Positions 14,100-24,619 of a DNA stretch of 64,000 nt are shown here, in pieces (the first letter of the stretch is position 1; each line of letters opens with the position of its first letter). Under the pieces are notes generated by a model. That model had not been told where the DNA came from. It did no database searches and worked only from the letters and a program-made list of their open reading frames with translations. Where the stretch lies: the NCBI RefSeq assembly GCF_963921235.1, contig NC_086108.1, positions 81,408,001 to 81,472,000 of the forward strand, in the 5' to 3' direction. A program made the position numbers and the translations under genes. The stretch is from Mobula hypostoma. Taxonomy: Eukaryota.

Positions 14100-14801
14100 G
14101 AAATAGTTCCGGCAAGGTGGTGCCAGCAACCAGCAGTGACATCTTACCGACAGCTTACGAAGCTACTAGATACTCTTCTTCTTCTAAATATACTTCTTCT
14201 TCTGAACTGCAACCGATTGCAGTCTGTACCTTCTTTTTTCAGAATGGATCTTTGAGCTGACTAATCGGTCTAGAGCTTGTGCGATCACCTCGGGGATTTG
14301 CTGCGTATGAGAGCAAAAAGTGCAGCTACAGCTGTTGCTGGGGGTGTGTGTTGCATCGATCCAAAATGGTGGAACATGAAACGGTGGTCAGCTCCATTAC
14401 TGTGCGTCAAGCAAGATTAAACTCGTCAAGGACAAGAGCAGAAAACAAAAAAACGTGTTCAGCGCCATCCGTCTGCCTGTGTTCACTTCTTCTTTACTAT
14501 TTGCATGATTTGATCAAGGCGTTTTAGCACTGAACAGACTCTGCAGCTGTGGCCTACAACCATCGGCACAGCACTGAGGACTCACTTTCAGGGACTCCAT
14601 GGTTAATGTTGTTTGCTTATTTTTTATTGTTTGCACAATATGATCTTTTTATCATTCATTGGGTGTCGGATGGTCTTGTTGACTTTTTTTTTAAGCGGGT
14701 TCTATTATGTTTCTTTGTTTTCTGGCTGCCTGCAAGAAGATGAATCACAAGGCTGTATACTTTGATGATAAGTGTACTTAGAATGTAATTTGAACTTTGA
14801 A
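14100..14801 (+). mobile_element. Non-autonomous Rex1-tailed retroelement
   Basis: Starts near caaggtggtg (AAGATGGCG-like) and ends with a Rex1-type UTR (gcaagaagatgaatc..tactttgatgataag..tttgaactttgaa). No RT ORF. Confidence 0.55.
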
Positions 14802-15300
14802 TATCTTAAAGTGGATTACAATTAGTAACGACAAGGCAGATTAGTTGCTGAAGGTAGACAGTCCCCTGGAACTTATGGCTCATGTCCTATGATCATAAAA
14901 GAAATGGAAACAGGGATAAAGATGCATTGGCTGTGATCTTCCAGCATGAAAGATCCTGGAAAATAAAAAGTGTAGTTCCCTTTTTAAGAAAGGAGGGAGA
15001 AAGAAAACAGGAAACAATGGGTCTGATAGACCTATTTGACTATGGCTATCTGTCATTGGGAAATTGCTAGAATCTATATTTATGGCAGTCATAACAAATC
15101 ATTTAGAAAATCATAACATAATCAAGCTGAATAACACATATATCATGAAAGGAAAAATCCTTTTTAATACATTTATTTGATATTTTTTCACGTTTATTCC
15201 ACTTTGGTAGAAAGAATGGAACAACAGAATGTTGTTTAAATGGAGAGAGGCCGTAGGACAGTGCAGTGTAGAGGGATTAGAGTCTTATCCATGAAACACA

Positions 15301-16225
15301 AGGCCAGCCAGTGGTGCAATGGCTTTTTTTTAAGACCATGAGAACACTCAGTCCTTATTTATTGTCATTTAGAAATGCATGCATGCATTAAGAAATGATA
15401 CAATGCTCCTCCAGAGTGATATCACAAAAACAACAAGACAAACCAAAGATTAACACTGACAAGACCACATAATTATAACATATAGTTACAGCAGTGCAAA
15501 GCAATACCATAATTTGATAAAGAACAGACCATGGGCACGGTAAAAAAAGTCTCAAAGTCCTGGGTCAACTGACTCCACCGACTCCCGAGTCCCCGGTAGC
15601 AGGCGGCAAAGGGAGAAACTCCCTACCATAAACCTCCAGGCACTGTCAACTTGCCGATGCCTTGGAAGCAGCCGACCACAGTTGACACTGAGTCCGTCCA
15701 TCCGAAAACTTCGAGCTTCCGACCGGCCTCTCCGATACAGCCTCCCGAGCGCCATCCTCTGCCGAGCGCCTTCGACCTCGCCCTGGCCTCTGAAAAAGCA
15801 AAGCTGAGGATTCGGGGCCTTATGCTCCGGAGATTCTGGTTACCACACAGTAGCAGTGGCAGTGAAGCGGGCATTTCAGAAGTTTCTCCAGATGTTCCTC
15901 CATACTCTCACGTCCGACTCCATCAAATCAGAATTGTGCACAGTCCCCTACTTGACAAATAACAGACATCACCATCGAAGTGGCTGCACGCGCTGCGTGG
16001 CGCCACCATCTTCTCCCCTTTTCTCCTCTTCTATCACTTCCGCTTCCGCACTGGACTTTGGGGCGAGTGGTCCCAGGTTCGACTCCAGCCGGCTTCTTGC
16101 ACGCTTTCCGTCCGCGTTGAGTTGTGCGTCAAGCTAGCAACCTGGCCTCGTAAAACAGGCAAACGCTAAAGAAGTGGCAAGATTGCTGACTGATGCAGCA
16201 GTGAGGTGCAGGAGGGTATACGTAT
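15301..16225 (+). mobile_element. tRNA-derived SINE split between box A and box B by a ~700-bp insertion
   Basis: Box A (tggtgcaatgg, ~15311-15322) and box B (ggttcgactcc, ~16076-16086). An uninterrupted homologue lies at 57715-57896(-). TSD atgaaacaca 15291-15300 / atgaaataca 16226-16235. Confidence 0.75.
15325..16022 (-). mobile_element. CpG-rich non-autonomous Rex1-like retroelement
   Basis: Minus-strand start ggagaagatggtggcgccacgcagcg; minus-strand end ..aatgacaataaataaggactgag. No coding motif recognised. Confidence 0.6.
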
Positions 16226-16462
16226 ATGAAATACAGATATCAGATGCAGGTATAGCAAGTAATTAGAAACATGAATGGCAGGTTATGCTTTACTGAAGAG
16301 GGGATGAATTACAAAATTAGCAAGCTCCAGCTACAGCTGTGTAGGCCTATGATTGGAATGAGAATTAGGTTTAATATCATTGGCACATGTTGTGAAATTT
16401 GTTGTTTTGCGACAGCAGTACATTGCAATAAGTTATATAAAACCCATAAATTACAATAAGCA

Positions 16463-17000
16463 CAGCACTGTGCAAAAGTCTTCAGTTAGGGTTCCAAACA
16501 CCTCGGCACAGTACTGTAGTAATTTTGTGTATTGCGCTGTACTGCAATACACAAAAAAACAAATTTCATGACTTCTATGAGTGATAATAAACCTGATTCT
16601 GATATGGGTCTTTATTGTGGACTGAGAATGGGAAGAGGGCAGGGAGAGGGGAATCACAGTTGGGAAAAGCGAAAGGGAGAGGGGAGAGAGCGGGGAAGCA
16701 CCAGAGAATCATCTTGTAATGATCAATAAACCAGTCGTTTAGAATCAAAGGACCTTGCCTGTTGTCTCAAGACTGGGTGTACCTGCACCCCGGCCATCCC
16801 CTGAGACTGGCACTCCTTGGCTGCCATTTGTCCCACACCCGTCCCGCAGTGCTCCATTCCTGCCATTCTCAGCATCCTCTGCTCCCCCCAGATTTACAAA
16901 CTCGCTCTCTGCTCTATGTTGACTAATACAGTACTGTACAAAAGTCTTAGGCACATTAACTAAGCCTCTGTGTAAGTCTAAGACATTTGCACAAGTGCTG
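16463..17000. mobile_element. Composite non-autonomous element bounded by two CAGTACTGTGCAAAAGTCTT-type hairpins (Tc1/MITE-like)
   Basis: Hairpin 16463-16516 (cagcactgtgc...gcacagtactg|ta) and hairpin 16929-17000 (ta|cagtactgtacaaaagtcttag...ctaagacatttgcacaagtgctg|ta). Confidence 0.6.
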
Positions 17001-17190
17001 TAAATATAGAAAAAGAAAATTAAATTAAGTAAGTAGCGCAAAAAGAGGGGAAAATAAACTGAGGTAGTATTCATGGGTTCTTTGTCCATTCATAAATCTG
17101 ATGGCTGAGGGGAAAAAGCTGTTCCTGAAATGTTGGGTGTGTGCCTTCAGGCACCTGTACCTTGATGGTAGCAATGAGAAGAGGGCATGT

Positions 17191-18987
17191 CAATAGACAA
17201 TAGACAATAGGTGCAGGAGTAGGCCATTCGGCCCTTCGAGCCAGCACCACCATTCACTGTGATCATGGCTCATCATCCACAATCAGTACCCTGTTCCTGC
17301 CCCATATCTGCCACATTCACTGAGGACGACATCAGCAGTATACCGGACACTCGAGGGTGGCAGGGAAGAGAAGCGTGCGCAGTCACAATTACGGCAGAGA
17401 AAGTACTCAGGAAGCTGAGTAGTCTAAAGGTAGATAAATCACCCGGACCAGTTGGAATGCACCCGCGTGTTATGAAGGAAGTAGCTGTGGAGATTGCGGA
17501 GGCTTTAGCAATGATCTTTCAAAAGTCGATAGATTCTGACATGGTTCCAGAGGACTGGAAGGTTGCAAATGTCACTCCGCTATTTAAGAAGGGGGTAAGG
17601 AACCAAAAGGAAATTATAGACCTGTTAGCTTGACATCGGTGGTTGGGAAGATGTTGGAGTCGATTGTCAAGGATGAGGTTACAGAGTACCTGGAGGCATA
17701 TGACAAGATAGGCAGAACTCAGCATGGATTCCTTAAAGGAAAATCCTGCCTGACAAACCTATTACAATTTTTTGAGGAAATTACCAGTAGTCTAGACAAG
17801 GGAGATGCAGTGGATGTTGTATATTTGGATTTTCAGAAGGCCTTTGACAAGGTGCCACGCATGAGGCTACTTAACAAGATAAGAGCCCATGGAATTGCAG
17901 GAAAGTTACATACGTGGAAAGAGCGTTGGCTGATTGGCAGGAAACAGAGAGTGGGAATAAAGGGATCCTATTCTGGTTGGCTGCCGGTTACCAGTGGTGT
18001 TCCACAGGGGTCCGTGTTGGGGCCGCTCCTTTTTACACTGTACATCAACGATTTGGATTATGGAATAGATGGCTTTGTGACTAAGTTTGCTGACGATACG
18101 AAGATAGGTGGAGGGGCCGGTAGTGCTGAGGAAATGGAGAGTTGCAGACAGACTTGGATAGATTGGAAGAATAGGCAAAGAAGTGGCAAATGAAGTACAA
18201 TGTTGGAAAGTGTATCATTATGCACTTTGGTAGAAGTAATAAACGGGCAGACTATTATTAAAATGGGGAAAGAATTCAAAGTTCTGAGATGCAACGGGAC
18301 TTGGAAGTCCTCGTACAGGATTCCCTTAAGGTTAACCTCCAGGTTGAGTCAGCAGTGAAGAAGGCAAATGCAATGTTGGCATTCATTTCTAGAGGAATAG
18401 AGTATAGGAGCAGGGATGTGATGTTGAGGCTCTATAAGGTGCTGGTGAGACCTCACTTGGAGTACTGTGGGCAGTTTTGGTCTCCTTATTTAAGAAAGGA
18501 TGTGCTGACGTTGGAGAGGGTACAGAGAAGATTCACTAGAATGATTCACTAGAATGTTGAAAGGCATGGACAGAGTGGATGTGGCAAAGTTGTTTCCCAT
18601 GATGGGGGAGTCTAGTACGAGAGGGCATGACTTAAAGAATGAAGGGCGCCCATTCAGAACAGAAAGGCGAAGACATATTTTTAGCCAGAGGGTGGTGAAT
18701 CTATGGAATTTGTTGCCATGGGCAGCAGTGGAGGCCAAGTCATTGTGTGTATTTAAGGCAGAGATTGATAGGTATCTGAGTAGCCAGGACATCAAAGGTT
18801 ATGGTGAAAAGGCGGGGGAGTGGGACTAAATGGGAGAATGGATCAGCTCATGATAAAATGGCGGAGCAGACTCGATGGGCTGAAGGGCCGACTTCTGCTC
18901 CTTTGTCTTATGGTCTTATGGTCTTATCCCTTGACTCCACTATCATTAAGAGCTCATTCTAACTCTTTCTTGAAAGCATCCAGAGAA
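17191..18987 (-). mobile_element. Short CR1 3' end (17191-17308 plus 18928-18987) split by a plus-strand CR1
   Basis: Tail reads caatagacaatagacaatag on +. TSD atgtc at 17187-17191 and 18988-18992. Confidence 0.75.
17316..18927 (+). mobile_element. 5'-truncated CR1 covering the RT domain (same subfamily as 36543-40163)
   Basis: ORFs with KSPGP, YLDFQKAFDKVP, GVPQGSVLGP, FADD. Tail (GGTCTTAT)n. Confidence 0.95.
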
Positions 18988-19679
18988 ATGTCCTGAGTGA
19001 TGGGGACCCCTAGTGATGGATTCTGCCTTTTAGAGGCATAATGTTTTGAAAGCGTCCTGATACTGGGGGGGCTAGTACCCAGGATGGAGCTGGCAGAATT
19101 GACAACTTTCTGTAGCTTTTATCAATCCTGTGCAGAAGCCCCTCCATGCCAGACAGTGATGCCACCAGTTAGAATACTCTCCACAGTACATCTGTAGAAA
19201 TTTGCGAGTGTCTTTGATGACATACCAATTCTCCGAATAAAATATAGCTGCTGTCATGCCTTCTTTGTAATTGTATCAATATGTTGGGCCCAAGATAGTT
19301 CCTCAGAGATGTTGACACCCAGGGGCTTGAAACTGTTCGTCCTTTCCTCTTCTGATCCGTCAATGAGGACTGGTGTATGACTGGTGTACGATCCCTCAAC
19401 TTGTTCCTCCTGAAGTCCACAACCAATTCCTTGGTTTTACTGACTTTCATTGCAAGGTTGCTGCTATGACACCATTCAACCAGTTAATCTATTCACTTCC
19501 TCATTTGAAGTTGTGCCAACAATAGTTGTGTCATCAGCAAATTTATGGATGGTATTTGAACTGTGCCTAGCCACACAATTGTGGGTGTAGAGAGGTTATT
19601 AGGAAACACCTTGAGGTACTATACACTGTTTGATCATATATTTACATAGAGACGTCTTAGAGAAGATTGATTTCTGTGA

Positions 19680-20100
19680 AGAAGTGACCTTATGAGGGAA
19701 AAATGATCAGATTAAGCAGGAGTTTGGAAGAATAAAATATACTCTTATATATAAGTTTCTGAGATGATTTGGCATAATGATTATTGAGAGAATGTTCTCA
19801 TAGTAGGAAACCTAGAACCTAGGTTTCCAAAAAAAGGGGACACCATTTATGATGAAGATTAGGAAAAATATCTTCTCACTGAGGTTGTGGGCATTTGGAA
19901 TTCTCAGACACAGAGAGTGTGAGGGTCGACCCATTGAATGTATTAAAAGCTGAAATAGATTTTTGGTCTGTCGGGATTCAAAGGTTATATGGAACAGGCA
20001 TAAAAGTGGACCTGAGACCAAGATCAAATCATGCATGATCTTACTGAATGGTAGAGCAAGCCTGGGGAACCATATTGTGTATTTCTGTTTCTATTTTTGC
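19680..20100 (+). mobile_element. Old CR1 3' fragment
   Basis: ttcttctcactgaggttgtgggcatttggaattc..aaagctgaaatagattt..aaaggttatatgg. Confidence 0.55.
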
Positions 20101-20225
20101 ACTATCGCCCGTCAGCTACACTTCCAGTTGCAGTCATTACTCAAAACACCATAACCCACCATAACTCACTGTTCAAAGTTGCTGGTGAACGCAGCAGGCC
20201 AAGCAACATCTATAGGAAGAGGCGC

Positions 20226-20261
20226 AGTCGACGTTTCAGGCCGAGACCCTTTGTCAGGACT
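20226..20261 (-). ncRNA. Hammerhead copy in the inverted arm; core mutated to CUGACAA
   Basis: Reverse complement agtc-ctgacaa-agggtctcggcct-gaaa-cgtc-gact. Confidence 0.7.
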
Positions 20262-20768
20262 AACTGAAGGAAGAGTGAGTAAGGGATTTGAAAGCTGGAG
20301 GGGGAGGGGGAGATGGAAAATGATAGGAGAAGACAGGAGGGGGAGGGATGGAGCCGAGAGCTGGAAAGGTGATAGGCAGAAGGGGATACGAGAGGATCAT
20401 GGGACAGGAGGTCCGGGAAGAAAGACGGGGGGGCGGGGGTGACCCAGAGGATGGGCAAGAGGTATATTCAGAGGGACGGAGGGAGAAAAAGGAGAGTGAG
20501 AGAAAGAATGTGTGCATAAAAAAGAGTAACAGATGGGGTACGAGGGGGAGGTGGGGCCTAGCGGAAGTTAGAGAAGTCAATGTTCATGCCATCAGGTTGG
20601 AGGCTACCCATACGGAATATAAGGTGTTGTTCCTCCAACCTGAGTGTGGCTTCATCTTTACAGTAGAGGAGGCCGTGGATAGACATGTCAGAATGGGAAT
20701 GGGATGTGGAATTAAAATGTGTGGCCACTGGGAGATCCTGCTATAATTTAATATAATATAATATAGAT

Positions 20769-21661
20769 TCTACTATAAGCCTACTGACTCTCACAGCTAT
20801 CTGGACTATTCCTCTTCTCACCCTGTCTCTTGCAAAAACGCCATCCCCTTCTCGCAATTCCTCCGTCACCGCCGCATCTGCTCTCAGGATGAGGCTTTTC
20901 ATTCTAGGACGAGGGAGATGTCTTCATTTTTTAAAGAAAGGGGCTTCCCTTCCTCCACTATCAACTCTGCTCTTAAACGCATCTCCCCCATTTCACGTAC
21001 ATCTGCTCTCACTCCATCCTCCCACCACCCCACTAGGAATAGGGTTCCCCTGGTCCTCACCTACCACCCCACCAGCCTCCGGGTCCAACATATTATTCTC
21101 CGTAACTTCCGCCACCTCCAACGGGATCCCACCACTAAGCATATCTTTCCCTCCCCCCCTCTCTCTGCATTCCGCAGGGATCGCTCCCTACACAACTCCC
21201 TTGTCCATTCGTCCCCCCCATCCCTCCCCACTGATCTCCCTCCTGGCACTTATCCGTGTAAGCGGAACAAGTGCTACACATGCCCTTACACTTCCTCCCT
21301 TACCACCATTCAGGGCCCCAAACAGTCCTTCCAGGTGAGGCATCACTTCACCTGTGAGTCGACTGAGGTGATATACTGCGTCCGGTGCTCCCGATGTGGC
21401 CTTTTATATATTGGTGAGACCCGACGCAGACTGGGAGACCGCTTTGCTGAACATCTACGCTCTGTCCGCCAGAGAAAGCAGGATCTCCCAGTGGCCACAC
21501 ATTTTAATTCCACATCCCATTCCCATTCTGACATGTCTATCCACGGCCTCCTCTACTGTAAAGATGAAGCCACACTCAGGTTGGAGGAACAACACCTTAT
21601 ATTCCGTATGGGTAGCCTCCAACCTGATGGCATGAACATTGACTTCTCTAACTTCCGCTAG
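20769..21661 (+). pseudogene. Penelope-like RT C-terminus and GIY-YIG endonuclease (5'-truncated ORF)
   Basis: YYKPTDSHSYLDYSSSHP..KNAIPFSQF upstream. ORF 20918-21661 contains CKRNKCYTC and VIYCVRCSRCGLLYIGETRRRLGDRFAEH..EEQHLI..GMN. Confidence 0.93.
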
Positions 21662-21957
21662 GCCCCACCTCCCCCTCGTACCCCATCTGTTACTCTTTTT
21701 TATGCACACATTCTTTCTCTCACTCTCCTTTTTCTCCCTCCGTCCCTCTGAATATACCTCTTGCCCATCCTCTGGGTCACCCCCGCCCCCCCGTCTTTCT
21801 TCCCGGACCTCCTGTCCCATGATCCTCTCGTATCCCCTTCTGCCTATCACCTGTCCAGCTCTCGGCTCCATCCCTCCCCCTCCTGTCTTCTCCTATCATT
21901 TTGCATCTCCCCCTCCCCCTCCAGCTTTCAAATCCCTTACTCACTCTTCCTTCAGTT

Positions 21958-21993
21958 AGTCCTGACGAAGGGTCTCGGCCTGAAACGTCGACT
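21958..21993 (+). ncRNA. Minimal type I hammerhead ribozyme motif in the PLE pLTR (core intact)
   Basis: agtc-CUGACGA-agg(gucucgg)ccu-GAAA-cg-UC-gacu: stem I agtc/gact, stem II agg/cct, palindromic ACGU stem III, NUH = GUC. Confidence 0.8.
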
Positions 21994-22596
21994 GCGCCTC
22001 TTCCTATAGATGCTGCTTGGCCTGCTGCGTTCACCAGCAACTTTGATGTGTGTTGCTTGAATTTCCAGCATCTGCAGAATTCCTGTTGTTTGCGTTATAA
22101 CTTACTGTTCACCATCTTTCAGCCAGGGCTTATACAGAGCATTCACAAGCTCCTCCACCTCCTCAAACTTGTGCCCCTGATGTAGAGCCTCTCTCACTCA
22201 GTTCATCACTGGCATTGATCAGCTATTTGACAATGAAAGCAACATCATAGAAAAACACTGTGTGATACTCACTCTTTGTTCCAGAAGGGACATGATTGCA
22301 GGCAGTGGCGGCTAACTACCAGTTAACAGGCTCTAAGGAAGAGGGATACCTGACCATAATTAATGCAGCTGTAACCAAGACTGGACTGCAGTGGGGCTGG
22401 AAACACAGTGGGGCTGGAAACACAGTGGGTAATAGCGTTTTTTATTTCTACTCTTTTTTCTCAAACCACAATTTTCCTCGTCCCTCAATATCTTCTAATT
22501 TAAAAAAATAGAACTAGTCAAAAAAATAGAACTATCCCTTTTGCCAATAAGACAATCAATGCACTTCATATTACACACCAGACACAATGGTTAACA

Positions 22597-23585
22597 TTGC
22601 AAACAGGAGAAAATCTGCAGATGCTGGAGATCAAAATAAAACACACAAAATACTGGAGGAACACAGCAAACTCAGCAGCTTCTGTGGAAAAGAGTATACA
22701 GTCGGGCCGAAACCCTTCATTGGTACTGGAAAAAGAGATGAGAAGTCAGAGTAATTGACTCATCCCTTCGCAGTAATCTCCCTCCTGGCACTTATCTTTA
22801 CAAGCAGAACAAGTGCCACATGTGCCCCTACACCTCCCCCCTCACTACCATTCAGGGTCCTAAACAAGTCCTTCCAGGTGAGGTGACATCACCTGTGAGT
22901 CTGTTGGGGTCATTTACTGTATCCAGTGCTTCTGGTGTGGCCTCCAGGATATCAATGAGACGCAATGTAGTTTGGGAGACCGCTTCGCCGAACACCGACC
23001 ACCAGAAAAAGCAGGATCTCCCGGTTTCACCAATTTCAATTCTACGTCCCGGTCCCATTCTGATATGTCAGTCCACAGCCTCCTCTACTGCCGTGATGAG
23101 GCCACACTCAGGTTGGAGGAGTAACACCTCATATCTCATTTGGATAGCCTCCAACCTGATGGCATAAACATCGGTTTTCCGAACTTCCGGTAATTCCCAA
23201 CCCCCCCCTTCACCATTCCCCATTCCCATCTCCCCCATTCACCTTATCTCCCTACCTGCCCATCACCTTCGTCTGGTGCTCCTCCCCCTTCCCTTTCTTC
23301 CACGGTCTTCTATCCTCTCCTATCAGATTCCCCCTTCTCTGGCCCTTTATCTCTTTCACCAATTGGCTTCCCAGCTCTTTACTTCACCCCTCCCCCTCTC
23401 CAGTTTCACCTGTCACCTACGACCTTGTACTTCTTCCTCCCCCAGCCCACCTCCATCTTCTTACTCTGACTTCTCATCTCTTTTTTCCAGACTTGATGAA
23501 GGGTTTTGGCCCAAAATATCAACAGTTTACTCTTTTCCATAGATGCTGCGAAGTCTGTTGAGTCTCTCCAACAGTTAGTGTGTGT
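22597..23585 (+). mobile_element. Older Penelope-like element with an inverted ~160-bp pLTR arm (22597-22755)
   Basis: Decayed GIY-YIG region 22775-23190 homologous to 21230-21660. Decayed hammerhead ttgatgaagggttttggcccaaaa at ~23493. The left arm is antisense pLTR. Confidence 0.85.
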
Positions 23586-23604
23586 TACAATTATTAACAT
23601 AACG

Positions 23605-23765
23605 CTATTCCGGCCATTGTCAGTAAGGTGTTTGTGTATTCTTCCTGTGACCATATGGGTTTCATCCAGTTGCTCCTCCCACATTCCAAAGACCTACCAG
23701 TTAGGGTTAGTGAGCTGTGGGCATGCTATGCTAGTTCCTGAAGCATGGCGACACTTGTGGACTCT
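23605..23765 (+). mobile_element. HE1/V-SINE fragment
   Basis: tgtattcttcctgtgaccatatgggtttcatccagttgctcctccccacattccaaagac resembles the V-domain. Confidence 0.6.
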
Positions 23766-23829
23766 GTTTGGCAGCCACAGTGCCCAAGAAGAGTTTCAAA
23801 AGCTAGGAGTCCTAGGTATAAAAAATAAT

Positions 23830-24495
23830 TAAACTCATGGAGTTCAGTAAGACATTCTTCACTCAGTGAGAGGTTAGAATGTGGAATGATGGCTAAGGTA
23901 AGCACCTTGGACTTTCAGAAGAAAATGAGAGTTTAGTAAGGCATTTATAAAGTCCTGCAAGGTAGGCTGGTCCAGTGGATTAAAGGTCTTGGGCGAGAAA
24001 GCTAATTTGATCCAAAATTGACCTGGTGGTAGGAGGCAGAAACAGGTGGTAGAAGGTTGTTTTTTTCTGATTGCATGTTTGTTGCCAGTGGTATAAAACA
24101 GAGATTGTTGTTTGTAATATATATTAACAACTTGGAGGTGAATGTAGGAATAATGCCTAGTAAGTGTATGATATGAACCTTGTCAGTGATGGTAAAACAG
24201 ATATTTGTCTACAACTGGTAACAGATCAAATGGAAAGTTGGGGTGGGGTGGCAAATGGAATTTAATCCTAACAAACATGACTGATAGTTGGAACTAATTG
24301 CCAAATTGTGTGGGATCAGACACAACCACTATAAGGCATTTTGACTTAAAAAGACAATACGTGAAAGGATATGCACTCTTAATACACCGAATGGGGTTAG
24401 TGAAGATGGGGAAAAAGATCAGCAATGACACAGTGAGCTAAAGATCCCATTTCTAAATTGTAGGACTCTAGATTCAATGATTTTATGACTCTAGA
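23830..24495 (+). mobile_element. Old CR1 fragments
   Basis: KAFYKVLQGRL, LIQN*, gcaaatggaatttaatcc, and a ctctagattcaatgattttatgactcta tail. Confidence 0.6.
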
Positions 24496-24619
24496 CATAC
24501 AGGGTATACATTGAAAAAAACTGAATAGAGAGATATCTTTATAGACCAAGTCAGGATAAACAGACTATGAGAAATGTGTCAAAAATAAACTCCAGTATAG
24601 AACACCGAGAGCAGCTCAC

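Larger units (their letters stand above)
14810..16350 (+). mobile_element. Highly decayed CR1 hosting nested insertions (15301-16225)
   Basis: KVDSPLE..GSCP, FLRKEGERKQET and gtttaaatggagagagg before the insert; caggtatagcaagtaattagaaacatgaatgg after it. Confidence 0.6.
16358..19600 (-). mobile_element. Rex1/Babar 3' part, fragmented by several nested insertions
   Basis: Tail at 16358-16460 and 17001-17190; body 18988-19600 with VSKTKELVVDFRR (ORF 19169-19450). Confidence 0.8.
20173..22096 (+). mobile_element. Young Penelope-like element, 5'-truncated, with a 570-bp inverted copy of its own 3' region
   Basis: 20173-20742 is the near-perfect reverse complement of 21477-22046. TSD ataactcactgttca 20161-20175 / ataacttactgttca 22097-22111. 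Confidence 0.95.

Noticed and set aside
15552..16137. CpG-rich stretch with overlapping ORFs resembling a promoter island
   Set aside because: Explained by a young non-autonomous retroelement and a SINE.
20179..22040. Paired near-identical ORFs on opposite strands (MLVNAAGQA..., MEPRAG..., MTSLTSARP...)
   Set aside because: Artefacts of the PLE inverted repeat, not genes.
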